Shown here in pieces: positions 42,466 through 53,451 of a DNA stretch of 64,000 nt. Location of the stretch: assembly GCA_963729625.1 (NCBI GenBank), contig CAVSOU010000010.1, positions 64,001 through 128,000 on the forward strand, given 5' to 3'. The notes beneath the pieces are model-generated. The model did no database searches. It worked only from the letters and a program-made list of their open reading frames with translations, and was not told the DNA's origin. The stretch comes from an uncultured bacterium (GTDB taxonomy: Bacteria > Chloroflexota > UBA5177 > JANWHV01). The translations under genes were made by a program, and so were the position numbers. How positions within the stretch are numbered: the stretch's first letter is position 1; each line of letters begins with the position of its first letter.

Positions 42466-42574
42466 TTTTGGGGAGTTCCGGAGCGCGGCTGCGCCGGAAC
42501 TCCTAGCCACATACCGTCCGGTGGCAGTCTAGCAAGCGGTGGGTTATGCCCCGCCGATCGTAAGGAGAGTTCGA

Positions 42575-42952
42575 TTGGCTCGTATCGCCGGTGTCGATAT
42601 CCCGCGCGATAAGCGCGTGGTGATCTCTCTGACCTATATTTTCGGTATTGGCCTGACCACCAGCAAGAAGGTGCTTGCCACGGTCGGCGTGAACGAGGAT
42701 ACCCGGGTCAAGGATCTTACGGAAGAGGAAGTCAACAGGCTGCGCGAGTATATTGACCGCAATTATCGCGTGGAAGGCGATTTGCGACGCGAGGTCGCGC
42801 TCAATATCAAGCGGCTTCAAGAGATTGGCAGTTACCGTGGCCTTCGCCATCGACGGAAGTTGCCCAGCCGTGGTCAGCGGACGCGCACAAACGCGCGAAC
42901 CTTGCGCGGCGCCAAGAAGACGGTCGGCGCGCGGAAGAAGGCCAAGAAGTAG
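42575..42952 (+). CDS. rpsM: 30S ribosomal protein S13
   Basis: [20 protein letters not shown]; TTG start after AAGGAG. Confidence 0.99.
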   Translation: MARIAGVDIPRDKRVVISLTYIFGIGLTTSKKVLATVGVNEDTRVKDLTEEEVNRLREYIDRNYRVEGDLRREVALNIKRLQEIGSYRGLRHRRKLPSRGQRTRTNARTLRGAKKTVGARKKAKK

Positions 42953-43030
42953 AAGTATGAGAGAAGCCGGCGGATGGAAGCAGTCGCCGGGATGTGATTG
43001 GCGCGCCCAGGTGCGCCAGGGGGGAACGCA

Positions 43031-43444
43031 ATGGCTGACGCCAAGGTTGCCACGAAACGGAGGAGCCCCGTTCGCGGTCGGCGCCGTGAACGAAAGAATG
43101 TGCCTATTGGTCAGGCGCACATTCACTCCACGTTCAACAATACCATCGTGACGATAACGGATACCACTGGGGCCGTTGTGTGTTGGGGAAGTGCAGGGGC
43201 TGCTGGGTTCAGCGGCAGCAGGAAGAGCACACCCTATGCCGCGCAGATGAGCGCGGACGTGGCTGCCCGCAAAGCGATCGAGCACGGTATGCGACAGGTC
43301 GATGTCTATGTGAAAGGCCCGGGATCGGGACGGGAGTCCGCCATTCGAGCCTTACAACAGGCTGGGTTGAGTGTCAGCTCGATCACTGATGTCACACCTA
43401 TTCCACACAATGGTTGCCGCCCACCGAAGCGACGGCGCGTCTAA
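43031..43444 (+). CDS. rpsK: 30S ribosomal protein S11
   Basis: [31 protein letters not shown]. Confidence 0.99.
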   Translation: MADAKVATKRRSPVRGRRRERKNVPIGQAHIHSTFNNTIVTITDTTGAVVCWGSAGAAGFSGSRKSTPYAAQMSADVAARKAIEHGMRQVDVYVKGPGSGRESAIRALQQAGLSVSSITDVTPIPHNGCRPPKRRRV

Positions 43445-43550
43445 TCAGACAAGAGAGGAGGTTGCGTACGGTACTGGGGCAGGCGAATGTCGCCCGGGCG
43501 AGATAGCTCGGTAGGAGCAGGCGCCGTGTTTGAGTACCATCTCGCGCAAT

Positions 43551-44183
43551 ATGGCACGATACACAGGGCCTGATTGCAAGCTGTGCCGCCGTGAGGGCAT
43601 CAAGCTGTTCCTCAAGGGTGAGCGGTGCATGACAAAGAAGTGCGCGATCGAGCGCCGGCCGAATCCCCCGGGTCCGCACCAGCAGCGCCGTCGCAAGCCG
43701 TCGGAATATGGTTTGCAGCTTCGTGAGAAGCAGAAGGCGCGCAGGATCTATGGCGTGCTCGAATCACAATTCAGGAAGACATTTGGCGAGGCTAGCAAGC
43801 GAGCAGGAATGACTGGCGAGACATTGCTGCGATTCCTCGAGCTTCGCCTCGACAATATCGTATTTCGTTTAGGACTTGCCGCAAATCGAGAACAGGCGCG
43901 GCAGCTCGTTAACCACGGCCACTTTGCGGTGAACGGACGCAAGGCCAGTATTCCGTCGTATCGGCTTCGCGTCGGCGACGTCGTCAGCGTGCGGCCGAAC
44001 AGCAAGAGTCTGACCTACTTCAAGGACGTGGCGGCGACGTTGCGCACCAAACCCGTTCCCCAGTGGCTAAGCGCGCAGGGGGATGGATTGACCTGTGAAG
44101 TTATCTCCCTTCCAGAACGGTCGGACTGCGATCAGAGCGTACACGAACAGCTTATCGTCGAGTACTACTCGCGTCGTGTCTAG
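43551..44183 (+). CDS. rpsD: 30S ribosomal protein S4 (Zn-type N-terminus)
   Basis: [28 protein letters not shown]. Confidence 0.99.
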   Translation: MARYTGPDCKLCRREGIKLFLKGERCMTKKCAIERRPNPPGPHQQRRRKPSEYGLQLREKQKARRIYGVLESQFRKTFGEASKRAGMTGETLLRFLELRLDNIVFRLGLAANREQARQLVNHGHFAVNGRKASIPSYRLRVGDVVSVRPNSKSLTYFKDVAATLRTKPVPQWLSAQGDGLTCEVISLPERSDCDQSVHEQLIVEYYSRRV

Positions 44184-44258
44184 TCTAAGGTAGTGCCCTT
44201 GTTCATGTCAGACAGCCCGGCCGTTAAGGCCTTCAACGAGTCAGGGAGGGTACGTCCG

Positions 44259-45275
44259 TTGTTGGATGGCAATACCGCTCCGTCTCCATTCAATATCGAA
44301 GCTACCAAGCTATCGCCAACGCACGGCCGCTTTGAGATCTCGCCGCTGGAAGAGGGCTATGGGGTGACGCTCGGCAACGCGTTGCGTCGCATACTGCTGT
44401 CCTCCCTCTGGGGAGCGGCCGTAACATCGGTAAAGATTGACGGTGTTCTGCACGAGTTCACCGATATTCCGCACGTGCGTGAGGACGTGACGGAGTTTGT
44501 CCTCAACCTGAAGAAGGTGCGGCTGAAGTCGTTTAGCGAGCAGCCAATCTCCATCGAGCTGGACTACACGGGCCCGGGCGAAGTCTTGGCCAAGGACCTG
44601 TTGGTACCATCGGATGTCGAGGTGGTTAATCCCGAACAATATCTCGCCACGCTCGATGGCGAGGAAGCGTCACTGCACGCGGAAATGATCGTGGAACGAG
44701 GCAAGCGGTATCTGCCGACGGATCTTAACGAGAGCAATGAGATCGGCACAATTCCGATCGACGCCGTTTTCAGCCCGATTCGTCGCGTGAACTATGTCAT
44801 CGAGCGCAAGCGTGTCGGGCCGATGACGAACTTTGAGAGACTGGTGCTGGAGATATGGACTGACGGCACGACTGACCCGAGCACCGCACTGACACAGAGT
44901 GCAGAGATACTGCGACAGCACTTTGAGCAGGTGGCGGGGTTCGGCAAGGTCGACGCCGGCGCCGCCGCGAAGACTCCGGCCGGTGGCTCGGTACCCGCGC
45001 ATATCTACGACATGCCGATTGAGAAACTCGATCTCACTCCACGTGCGTACAACTCGCTCAAGCGTGCCAACATCTCCAAGGTCGGCGAAGTACTTGAGAT
45101 GTCGGAGGATGAGCTGCTCGCCGTTCGCAACTTCGGCAAGAAGTCGCTAGACGAGTTGAAGGACCGCCTGGCGGCGAACAATCTCTTGACCGAAGCGAGC
45201 AATAGTCCACTCTTGCAGTCCTCGGGGTCTACTGGCTTGCTCGGCGAACTGGAAGACGAGGAGGATGATCAGTGA
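44259..45275 (+). CDS. rpoA: RNA polymerase alpha subunit
   Basis: GYGVTLGNALRRILLSS, IDAVFSPI, RNFGKKSLDE; start chosen after AGGGAGG (uncertain). Confidence 0.98.
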   Translation: MLDGNTAPSPFNIEATKLSPTHGRFEISPLEEGYGVTLGNALRRILLSSLWGAAVTSVKIDGVLHEFTDIPHVREDVTEFVLNLKKVRLKSFSEQPISIELDYTGPGEVLAKDLLVPSDVEVVNPEQYLATLDGEEASLHAEMIVERGKRYLPTDLNESNEIGTIPIDAVFSPIRRVNYVIERKRVGPMTNFERLVLEIWTDGTTDPSTALTQSAEILRQHFEQVAGFGKVDAGAAAKTPAGGSVPAHIYDMPIEKLDLTPRAYNSLKRANISKVGEVLEMSEDELLAVRNFGKKSLDELKDRLAANNLLTEASNSPLLQSSGSTGLLGELEDEEDDQ

Positions 45276-45625
45276 GGCACCTACGCTCGGGCCGTAAATT
45301 CGGGCGCCCGACAAATCAGCGCATCGCGCTCTATCGGGCGCTTGTCGCGGCGCTTTTCCTGAAGGGCCGCATCACGACGACTGAAGCCAAGGCGAAGGCA
45401 ATTCGCCCGACGGCCGAGAAACTCATCACGCTGGCGCGCGAGCCTACCGTGCACCATCGCAGGCTCGCGATGGCCGATCTTCCGCACAAGACGGCGGTCG
45501 AGCGACTGTTTGAGGAGATCGGTCCCAAGATGAAGGGTCGCCCGGGTGGCTATACGCGTGTCGTGAAGCTTGGGCCTCGTTTCGGTGACGCAGCGCCTAT
45601 GGCTATTATCGAATTGGTTGAATGA
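45272..45625 (+). CDS. rplQ: 50S ribosomal protein L17
   Basis: ITTTEAKAK, RPGGYTRV, GDAAPMAIIELV. Confidence 0.99.
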   Translation: MRHLRSGRKFGRPTNQRIALYRALVAALFLKGRITTTEAKAKAIRPTAEKLITLAREPTVHHRRLAMADLPHKTAVERLFEEIGPKMKGRPGGYTRVVKLGPRFGDAAPMAIIELVE

Positions 45626-46398
45626 CGAGATTGTTGCGCTGCGCAGTGGAATACGACGGGAGCGCTTTCTCCGGGTTTCAACGACAGCCGGATAGGGTGA
45701 CCGTTCAAGGTGCGCTGGAATCGGCGATCAGGCTCGTGACCCGCGAGGAGCCTGTCGTCGTGGGAGCCGGTCGCACCGATGCAGGCGTTCATGCGCTTGG
45801 GCAAGTCATACACTTCAAGACCGCGTCCGAGCTCTCAACGTCGACCTTGCAGCGTGCCATAAACGCGAATCTGCCGCATGCAGTGCGGATTCGGGAACTG
45901 GAAGAAGCAGAGCCGGCGTTTCACGCGAGATTCAGTGCTCGGAGTCGTGAGTATCGCTACGTCGTCGAGAATACCAGCGTCCAGTCTCCGCTATTACGTA
46001 TGCGCGCGTTGCACGTCCCGGGCAGTCTTGACGAGCGCGCGATGGACGAAGCCGCATCCGTACTGCGCGGACGTCACGATTTTGTAGCCTTCGGCGCGCC
46101 GATGGTGCACACTGCACGCGGGGCGGACTTGCCCGACGGGACCTGGGTAAAAGGCGGAACTGTCCGCACCATCTTCGTGGCGATGTGCTGGAGACGCGCG
46201 CGGTTTGTTCACTTTCGCTTCGTGGCCGATGCATTTCTTCGCCACATGGTTCGCATGGTGATCGGCACTCTTCTTCGGATTGGAAGCGGGTCTCTCGCGA
46301 AGCAGGCCATGGCCTTGATCTTGCAGAGCGATCGAACTTTTTCCGCTGGCCCGGCTGTGCCAGCGCATGGTCTTTACCTTGTACGCGTCCGCTACTGA
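45622..46398 (+). CDS. truA: tRNA pseudouridine(38-40) synthase
   Basis: YDGSAFSGFQRQ, GRTDAGVHALGQ, FLRHMVR. Confidence 0.97.
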   Translation: MTRLLRCAVEYDGSAFSGFQRQPDRVTVQGALESAIRLVTREEPVVVGAGRTDAGVHALGQVIHFKTASELSTSTLQRAINANLPHAVRIRELEEAEPAFHARFSARSREYRYVVENTSVQSPLLRMRALHVPGSLDERAMDEAASVLRGRHDFVAFGAPMVHTARGADLPDGTWVKGGTVRTIFVAMCWRRARFVHFRFVADAFLRHMVRMVIGTLLRIGSGSLAKQAMALILQSDRTFSAGPAVPAHGLYLVRVRY

Positions 46399-46449
46399 GC
46401 GGGTCTGGCCGGCGAGATGCTTCTCTCCGTGACACTGAAGGAGTCGGGG

Positions 46450-46914
46450 ATGTCAACACATGTTGTCAAATTAGATGATATCGAGCGGAAGTGGTACACG
46501 GTCGACGCTTCCGGTAAGGTGCTTGGCCGCCTTGCTTCCGATGTCGCGTATATCCTGCACGGCAAGCACAAGCCGATCTTCAGCCCACACCTGGATATCG
46601 GCGATCACGTTATCGTGATCAATGCCGACAAAGTCGCAGTGACCGGCGACCGCCTGGACCAGAAGATGTATTACACGCACTCGGGGTTTCCCGGCGGCCT
46701 CCGCACCACCAGCTTGCAGCGCATGTTGGACACGCATCCGGAGCGCGTGATCGAAAACGCAGTCCGCGGCATGCTCCCGAGGAACAAGCTCGGCGATGCC
46801 ATGATCAAGAAGCTACGGGTGTACGCGGGTCCCGGCCATCCACATGAGGGCCAGGTGCCTGAAGATATTGCGCAGGTGCTCGACGCCGGTCGCGCCTTGA
46901 ATCGTGCGCGGTAA
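46450..46914 (+). CDS. rplM: 50S ribosomal protein L13
   Basis: [27 protein letters not shown]. Confidence 0.99.
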   Translation: MSTHVVKLDDIERKWYTVDASGKVLGRLASDVAYILHGKHKPIFSPHLDIGDHVIVINADKVAVTGDRLDQKMYYTHSGFPGGLRTTSLQRMLDTHPERVIENAVRGMLPRNKLGDAMIKKLRVYAGPGHPHEGQVPEDIAQVLDAGRALNRAR

Positions 46915-46935
46915 GAAGGGGGAAGCTAGGTAGGT

Positions 46936-47334
46936 ATGGCTGAAGCAATCCAGTACCATTATGGGCTAGGCCGCCGAAAATGTGCCGTCGCGCGCGTAAG
47001 GCTTGTGCCGGGTGACGGACGTGTGGTGGTCAACAACAAGCCCGTTGCCGAGTACTTTGGTCGTCCTGCTTTGGAGGCCGTCGTGCGCGCTCCTCTGACG
47101 GAAGCCGCTCTGCCGGTGGCGTACAACGTCATCGTCAAGGTTGTCGGCGGCGGGCATGCCGGGCAAGCCGGTGCGATACGGCACGGTGTGGCGCGCGCGC
47201 TGGTGCGAATGGACGAAGCTCTGCGCCCTTTGATGCGACGAAGCGGCTTCTTGACGCGAGATCCGCGCGTAAAGGAGCGGAAGAAGTACGGGCTCAAGCG
47301 GGCTCGGAAGGCGCCGCAATACACGAAGCGATAA
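46936..47334 (+). CDS. rpsI: 30S ribosomal protein S9
   Basis: GRRKCAVARV, LTRDPRVKERKKYG, QYTKR. Confidence 0.99.
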   Translation: MAEAIQYHYGLGRRKCAVARVRLVPGDGRVVVNNKPVAEYFGRPALEAVVRAPLTEAALPVAYNVIVKVVGGGHAGQAGAIRHGVARALVRMDEALRPLMRRSGFLTRDPRVKERKKYGLKRARKAPQYTKR

Positions 47335-47490
47335 TTGGTATGCTCGGCCGCGAGCCTGCAGCGTCGCTAGGCCCAGGACAATCGACGCGCGGGGGCCCGG
47401 GCTCTATTGAGCGTCGATTCCACGGCACACCAGCAACGGTATGCCATGGAATCGTCGGTCTGCATATCCCGTTTACCGTGAGAATCTTGT

Positions 47491-48015
47491 CTAGCCGGCG
47501 GAGCTCGCCATTTCGTCAAGCGCTGGAAGGCCTGCCAGCGACGTCAAGCCGGCCGCCTCGAGGAATGCAGGTGTAGTGCCATAGAGCACCGGCCTGCCGA
47601 GTGCGTCTGACCGCCCGACTTCCTCGATCAATCCGGCATTCATGAGAACAGCGAGCACGTGTTCGCTCCCTACCCCGCGGATACTCTCAATTACCGATCG
47701 CGCAACCGGCTGCCGATAGGCGACAATGGCAAGGGCGTCGAGTGCGGCTGCCGAAAGCCGGGGTTTTCGATCGAATCCCTGAAATCGGGCTACGGCCGTA
47801 CCGGCTTCCGGCGCGGTGACCAGTCGTACCCCCGACCTGCTGCGCTCCAGACGAAAGCCGCGGCCCTGCTCTACGTACTGTCGCTCGAGTATTGCCAGCG
47901 CGTCTGCCACCTGCACGTCCGCAAGGTCGGACGCCGCAGCCAGCGCCGCAATATCCACCGGCTCAGGCGATACCAGCAGAAGTGCCTCGACTGTGCGCGC
48001 CTCAGGATCAAGCAT
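47491..48015 (-). CDS. scpB: Segregation and condensation protein B
   Basis: LSAAALDALAIVAYRQPV, IRGV, GRPVLYGTT. Confidence 0.95.
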   Translation of the reverse strand: MLDPEARTVEALLLVSPEPVDIAALAAASDLADVQVADALAILERQYVEQGRGFRLERSRSGVRLVTAPEAGTAVARFQGFDRKPRLSAAALDALAIVAYRQPVARSVIESIRGVGSEHVLAVLMNAGLIEEVGRSDALGRPVLYGTTPAFLEAAGLTSLAGLPALDEMASSAG

Positions 48016-48748
48016 AGACGAATGACGTACTCGCTAGCGAAACGGAAATCGGACCAAAGGCCTCCGGCTGGTTGAAGCACAGTTGCTGCGTTCTCACGGC
48101 ATCTAGAAGCGCGAGAAACATGGTGACGACGACCAGCGGATGCCACGCGGTGGAGCTCAACGCGGCAAAAGTGGTCTGGCCGAGCCGGCGCACCTCGGCC
48201 AGCAAACCAGCGCGCAGATCCCTGTATGCGATGTCAGGCCACGGGTCAGGCTCCAGCGTGCCGGACGGTGCGCGCTGGAGGAGGCGGACCCCGCTTCGAT
48301 GCAGTGCGTGTAGATTGAAGCGCGGGGGAGGAGCGCGAAACTCGTTCGATTCGACCGCCACCTGCCTGGGCCGCGTTATCGCCTCCGCCTCTAGCTTCAC
48401 TCCAATCGCACCTGCCACCTGCTTGAAGCGCGCGTACTCCGCAATCTGGCGAGCCAACGTTTCAGCATCGTCTTCGTCGCTGGAAGCGTCGATTCCCAGT
48501 TCGCGCCGATACAGGAGCGCGCGAGACTTGATGAGCAGCAACCTCGCCGCCGCGGAGAGGAACTCGCCGGTGGTCGTGAGATCCGTCGCGCCGAGACTGC
48601 CGACGAGGTCGAGAAACTGGTCGGCGACGGCAGCGACGGAGACGCGCGTCACCTCGAGCTCGTTCCTCTCGATAAGGTGGAGAAGGAGCGGAAGCGGTCC
48701 CTCAAAGTCGGTCAGGCGCAGATGAAGGGCGTCAAGGCCAGACGTCAT
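48008..48748 (-). CDS. scpA: Segregation and condensation protein A (kleisin)
   Basis: FEGPLPLLLHLI, LLLIKSRALL, FLALLD, QPEAFGPI. Confidence 0.93.
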   Translation of the reverse strand: MTSGLDALHLRLTDFEGPLPLLLHLIERNELEVTRVSVAAVADQFLDLVGSLGATDLTTTGEFLSAAARLLLIKSRALLYRRELGIDASSDEDDAETLARQIAEYARFKQVAGAIGVKLEAEAITRPRQVAVESNEFRAPPPRFNLHALHRSGVRLLQRAPSGTLEPDPWPDIAYRDLRAGLLAEVRRLGQTTFAALSSTAWHPLVVVTMFLALLDAVRTQQLCFNQPEAFGPISVSLASTSFVYA

Positions 48749-49440
48749 AGCCGGAGAAGCTGGTTCTCTACCCAGTCCTGCATCGGGAAGATCGTGTTGT
48801 CAAGTATGTGGAGGTTGTTGTTGAAGATGAATACGAGAAGCAGGATAAGGGGTCCATACTTCACGAATGAGCGCAAATCATACAGTGTTTTGCGAGACAA
48901 GAACGCCGAGAAGATGGTCCACCCGTCAAGCGGCGGCAGCGGGATCATGTTGAACACGAACAGTAACACGTTCACCACGAAGAGCTCCAGCGTGAAGTTG
49001 AAGAACTCCGCATTCCCGAACAATGTCAACGCCGTGCCGTCGTATGAATTTATTGCGGTCTTTATGGGAATAGCCAGAACGGCTGCGGCAAGCAGGTTTG
49101 ATATCGGACCGGCCAGGGCCACGATCGCGGGGCCGAACCGCGTTCGTCGTCGCAGCTTGGACTCATTGACCGGGGTGAAGCCGTATGCAAAGCCGAACCC
49201 ACTGAGTGCGAGCAGTACAAGCAGTACGACACCGAACTGGTCCATGTGACGGAATGGATTGAGCGAGATGTGCCCGGACAGCCGAGGCGTGTCATCGCCG
49301 AGGTAATCGGCTACGAGCGCGTGGGCCAGCTCGTGCACATCGATCGCTATCAACAAGGCCAGAATAGTGTCGACGATCTGGGTAAGCGACTGGTCGCCGA
49401 AGGCGGCCCCTATCACAGCCAGTGAGGTTGCAAGGTGCAC
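48745..49440 (-). CDS. Site-2 protease (M50 family)
   Basis: HELAH zinc motif, ALAGPISN, FNMIPLPPLDG; start at GTG 49440 inferred. Confidence 0.93.
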   Translation of the reverse strand: MHLATSLAVIGAAFGDQSLTQIVDTILALLIAIDVHELAHALVADYLGDDTPRLSGHISLNPFRHMDQFGVVLLVLLALSGFGFAYGFTPVNESKLRRRTRFGPAIVALAGPISNLLAAAVLAIPIKTAINSYDGTALTLFGNAEFFNFTLELFVVNVLLFVFNMIPLPPLDGWTIFSAFLSRKTLYDLRSFVKYGPLILLLVFIFNNNLHILDNTIFPMQDWVENQLLRL

Positions 49441-49634
49441 GGTTAGAACCCTTCCTCTCGCCTTGCGATTGACCTGCCAAAGTATAGCATCCCGGTGAAT
49501 TGCGGGCACTTGAGGTGGTGGGCGGCGGCAGCGGCCGTGCCGTCGAGTTTCCCGGTACACTAATGATAGAGTACGATGCGCAGGCCGAGTGCGCTCGGAC
49601 TGCTCGCTTACCAAGATGATCCTGGAGAGTCCGT

Positions 49635-49982
49635 ATGCCGTTGTATGTTTACGCGTGTCAAACGTGCGGCCATGGGTTTGAAGTGCGGCAGCGCTTCGAC
49701 GACGACCCGCTCAGTGTGTGCCCAGAGTGTTCCGGACGAATACGGCGCGTGGTACAGCCTGTCGGAATCGTGTTCAAGGGCAGTGGCTTCTACAAGACCG
49801 ACAGCCGCAGCTCAAGCGGTGCCAGCGTTCCTTCCGGCGAGGCCAGCAATGGCTCGACCGCCGCGAAGCCTGAGAGCGAGTCCCCTGCTCCTGCGACCAC
49901 GCCCGGTAGCACAACTTCGAGCGATGCTACGTCGAACAGCAGCGCCGCTCCGTCCGCCGCGGCGCCCGCCAAGTCAGCATAA
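49635..49982 (+). CDS. FmdB-family zinc-ribbon protein
   Basis: MPLYVYACQTCGH...CPEC...FKGSGFYKTD, Ser/Ala/Thr-rich tail. Confidence 0.93.
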   Translation: MPLYVYACQTCGHGFEVRQRFDDDPLSVCPECSGRIRRVVQPVGIVFKGSGFYKTDSRSSSGASVPSGEASNGSTAAKPESESPAPATTPGSTTSSDATSNSSAAPSAAAPAKSA

Positions 49983-50163
49983 CGTCACGATGCCGCTTCG
50001 GGCCCGGTAGCGCAGCTTCGAACCGGCGACCAGCGGTGTCGGCTGCCAAATGCCGGAGTTTCCAGCGCTGCCGATGGACATCCGATACGCTGGTCGCCTG
50101 ACAGGGTAACGACCCCACGGCGTGTCTCGGCTTGCTCCGTCCAGGAGTCGGTGAAGCGTCACG

Positions 50164-50520
50164 CTACGTGCGACGCTGCTTTTCCTTTTCTTTGAGCTTC
50201 TTGTAGAAAGTTCTTGTGTGCTGGGGACGGGAGTCCACGTCCGTGGTGGCGTCGGGCATGTCGTCCTCGCGCCGGGCCGGGCGTTGTTCGTCGAGATCGC
50301 CCGCAAGTGAGAGGATATCCATTTCGACGGCAGGATTGTTGAGTACGTCACGTTGTCGAAGAAGGTGGCGGTACATCATAGCCTGCGAGACGGACAGAGG
50401 GTTGTCTCGCTCGGGTTCGGCCTGTTCGATCAGCTTGTCCAGCACGCTGAGCGTGGCGGCGTTCGCTTCCCTGCGGAGAAGCTCGTCACGAATCTCGTGC
50501 AGTTGGTCATAAATGTTCAC
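50164..50520 (-). CDS. Hypothetical helical protein
   Basis: 118 aa, GGAG-rich upstream sequence, candidate promoter TTGCCC-18-TACAAT at 50629-50600, basic C-terminus. Confidence 0.75.
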   Translation of the reverse strand: MNIYDQLHEIRDELLRREANAATLSVLDKLIEQAEPERDNPLSVSQAMMYRHLLRQRDVLNNPAVEMDILSLAGDLDEQRPARREDDMPDATTDVDSRPQHTRTFYKKLKEKEKQRRT

Positions 50521-50745
50521 CCTGCTGCACTCCCTCCGCTCGGTTCAAGGCCGCGCCGGTTAGGACCTGTTCGCGGGGTCCGGAGGCTTTGGCGCCTCCA
50601 TTGTACCTAGCCTCGATCCGGTCGGGCAAACACGGCCCGGCAAAAAGCACTCATGTGGAGTGGGATGCGCCGGCCTCTGACCAGGCCCTGCGCTGCCGCC
50701 TGAACCCGCGCGAAGCGCGCGACCGTAAGGCTTGTCCATCGCATA

Positions 50746-51933
50746 TCACAGGCGGGCATACGGCAGCAACGGCGGCCCGATTAGCGGGCGAGCATACTCG
50801 ACGAACGCTTCGCTCACGCTAAAGGGGTTGCTGCCCAGATATTCATCGGGAAGCACGCGATGGCGATTGGCCACATCTTCCAGGGCAATCTCGATAATAT
50901 CGCAGTGATATTCCGGTCCGGGCGAACGACGAAAGCCAACCATCTTTCCGGTCGTGCCAGCGAGCGCCAATCGGACGGCGGCAACTCCAGCACTATACGC
51001 CTCCTCGATGTCCACTGGAGAGATCAACGTTCCTGCCACGCGCTGCAACGTTCCCGGCTTATCAAATCGCGCCTTGACACCAAGTCTCTGTCCCACCGAG
51101 GCTGCCAACGTCGCCGCAGTTCCCTGGATGACCGGATGGCCGAACGCGTCGGCGGCGGTTACGTCGTGGAGCCCACCAATCGGCCTTCCACGCGCATCAC
51201 GTACGGTTTCGGCGACGACCGCTACCGCATAGCCATACCGGCGAAAGGCGTTCTCGATCGCCATCGCGAACGCGTCGACGTCCATGTGTCTCTCGGGCAG
51301 CCAAAGCACCTGTGGCGCGTCGCGCTCATCCTGCCTGCCGAGCGCGGCCGATGCCACAAGCCACCCGGCGTCACGCCCCATGACCTCGATAATCTTGATC
51401 GGGTCTGACCGTCTCATGGCCTCCGTATCCAGTCCGGCGTCCTGTGTGGATTGCGCCAGGTAGCGTGCCGCACTGCCGTAACCGGGACAATGGTCGGTAC
51501 CAGGGAGATCGTTGTCGATTGTTTTTGGCACGGAGATCACTCGGAGGTCGTAGGAGCGCGCGCGAGCCGCGCGATCGAGGACCAATGCCGTGTCCGCAGA
51601 GTCGTTGCCGCCGATGTAGAGGAGGTAGTGAGCCTCGAGCTCCATGAGTGTCTCAAGGATCTGCTCATGTTCCCCGCCAACGAGCTTGCGGCGGCACGAT
51701 CCAAGGGCGGCGGAGGGCGTGAACCTGATGCGCTGCCAGACGTCTCTTGGCACCCGACCGAGGTCGACGACGTCGCGCCGCAGAAGTCCTTCGGCGCCAA
51801 AGCGTGCACCGAGCACTTGACCGATCCGGGAACTTGCTGTCGCCGCCTCAATTACACCCACCAGGCTGGCATTGATTGCCGCCGTAGGGCCGCCAGACTG
51901 CGCTACAACGAGCGCAGGCAGTTTTCCAGCCAT
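50746..51933 (-). CDS. Phosphofructokinase, probably PPi-dependent
   Basis: QSGGPTAAIN, GGNDS and PKTIDND (Asp/Lys PPi-type signature), EVMGRDAGW. Confidence 0.92.
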   Translation of the reverse strand: MAGKLPALVVAQSGGPTAAINASLVGVIEAATASSRIGQVLGARFGAEGLLRRDVVDLGRVPRDVWQRIRFTPSAALGSCRRKLVGGEHEQILETLMELEAHYLLYIGGNDSADTALVLDRAARARSYDLRVISVPKTIDNDLPGTDHCPGYGSAARYLAQSTQDAGLDTEAMRRSDPIKIIEVMGRDAGWLVASAALGRQDERDAPQVLWLPERHMDVDAFAMAIENAFRRYGYAVAVVAETVRDARGRPIGGLHDVTAADAFGHPVIQGTAATLAASVGQRLGVKARFDKPGTLQRVAGTLISPVDIEEAYSAGVAAVRLALAGTTGKMVGFRRSPGPEYHCDIIEIALEDVANRHRVLPDEYLGSNPFSVSEAFVEYARPLIGPPLLPYARL

Positions 51934-52154
51934 GTTCTCCTCTTCGCATACGTGCCGCGACTGTTCGGGCCAGTCTTGGCGGTTCGGCTATGCACTCGCG
52001 GCGGCGCGGTCAGAAGACTTCGCCTTTCCGAAACCGCGGTATTGGCACGTCTCTACTCCTGCGCCCGCACAACCTGCGGGGCCTGCACCGATGTTACGCC
52101 GTCGTGCCTGCGCCGACAGGCGTGCCCTGTTCGGCCAGTGCAATCCGCCGGCTA

Positions 52155-52163
52155 TGCTATAAT
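52155..52163 (+). promoter_or_regulatory. Extended -10 promoter
   Basis: TGCTATAAT consensus. Confidence 0.7.
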
Positions 52164-52169
52164 CGTAGC

Positions 52170-52350
52170 AGTTGCGATGCCCTCCATCGTCTTTCTCGAG
52201 CGCTCTTCAAGCGCTATAACCTGTCGAACCTGACGGGAGGTGCGGGCCAACGCTGTTGAACGGAAACCGCTACTCCATTACAGTTCAATCTGCACGGCCA
52301 ACACGCAAGGGGTGTTCCGTCGCATCGGCCAGTAACGTCGGAGGGCTTCG
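52170..52350 (+). ncRNA. Structured RNA candidate (6S-like rod or cis-regulatory leader)
   Basis: Nested pairings GCCCTCC/GGAGGGC, CTGTCGA/TCGGCCAG, GACGGGA/TTCCGTC, GTGCGGG/TCTGCAC, TTGAAC/GTTCAA; G-U pairs favour + strand; starts just after promoter. Confidence 0.55.
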
Positions 52351-53451
52351 ATGGGGGTCCATGCGGCTCGACTTTCAGACCTGTTTGTGATTCGACGCCT
52401 GATCCGTGACGACGCCTCGTTGGTGCTTGCCCCAATGCCCGGCGCTTGCCGTCCGTCAGCGGTCGGTTTAGCTATCCGATCCATCTGGCACGGGGCAGGG
52501 AAGCGTGCGCAAACGCTCGTGCTACACGACGGTGGACGTTGTCAGGGCTTCGTGCAGGCTCGGTCCCGGCCAGGGCGGGAGTCGTGGGATATCGTTCGCC
52601 TCGCCTGTCTGGCGCCTGATGAGGAGTCGTGGCTGCGCGTCTGTGCCACATTGCTCGACAACGTCGGCGGCATCGCGGCGCAGCGCGGAGCGTTGCGGAC
52701 ATTCGCTCGTGTGCCATCGGACAGTACCAATGTCGCACTTCTGGCGGATAGCGGGTTTCGGCCGTACGCAAGCGACTTGGTATTCCACGGTACTCTGCGT
52801 CAGTTAGCGACGTCGTCCGCCGAACCGTCGATAGACGTGCGCACTCGGCGGCCCCGGGATGCCTGGGACTTGTTCTCGCTCTACTGCGCTGTGACACCGG
52901 CACTCATTCGACACGCAGAGGGGAGAAGCCTCAAGGAATGGGCATCCGCGAATCGATTTGCCGACGCCACAGTTCGCCGCTGGAGCCGACCCCGTGAGGT
53001 CGTCCTCGGCGACTTGAGTGGGATGCATGCATGGATACGTTGGGCTCACTTCCGGCCGATGGGGATCCAATTGCTCGATGCGCTGGTACGTCCGGAAGCT
53101 TCGCGCCGGCTAGGAGAGCTCGTCAGGTTTGGGGTCGAGTACCTCGGGCTTGACCCAGACTGTAACACCATATGCAAAGTACGAGAATATGACGGAAGCG
53201 TCTCGGCTACACTGGTTGAAGCTGGATTTGATGCCAGCCTCAGGGAAACGCTTCTGGTTCGCCACACCGTGGCGCGGGTGACGGAGCGGCAGTTATTGGT
53301 TGCTGCGATTCGAGCGCAGGGCCTGGGAATCGACATCTCCCGCTACGGCACCAGAGCCGACGTCGTTCCACATCGATTGACGTCGAGTATGGAAGTTGAA
53401 TGCCAATACTATGACCAACTTGACCGTCCAGCCAGAGCGAGTGGTTACTGA
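52351..53451 (+). CDS. Hypothetical protein, probable tandem GNAT-like fold
   Basis: [31 protein letters not shown] and second LVEAGF motif resemble GNAT motifs; GGAGG SD. Confidence 0.65.
   Translation: MGVHAARLSDLFVIRRLIRDDASLVLAPMPGACRPSAVGLAIRSIWHGAGKRAQTLVLHDGGRCQGFVQARSRPGRESWDIVRLACLAPDEESWLRVCATLLDNVGGIAAQRGALRTFARVPSDSTNVALLADSGFRPYASDLVFHGTLRQLATSSAEPSIDVRTRRPRDAWDLFSLYCAVTPALIRHAEGRSLKEWASANRFADATVRRWSRPREVVLGDLSGMHAWIRWAHFRPMGIQLLDALVRPEASRRLGELVRFGVEYLGLDPDCNTICKVREYDGSVSATLVEAGFDASLRETLLVRHTVARVTERQLLVAAIRAQGLGIDISRYGTRADVVPHRLTSSMEVECQYYDQLDRPARASGY

Noticed and set aside
52170-52350. SRP RNA, tRNA-Sec or tmRNA
   Set aside because: No CAGG..GGAA..AGCAG SRP core and no T-loop/CCA tRNA-like ends.
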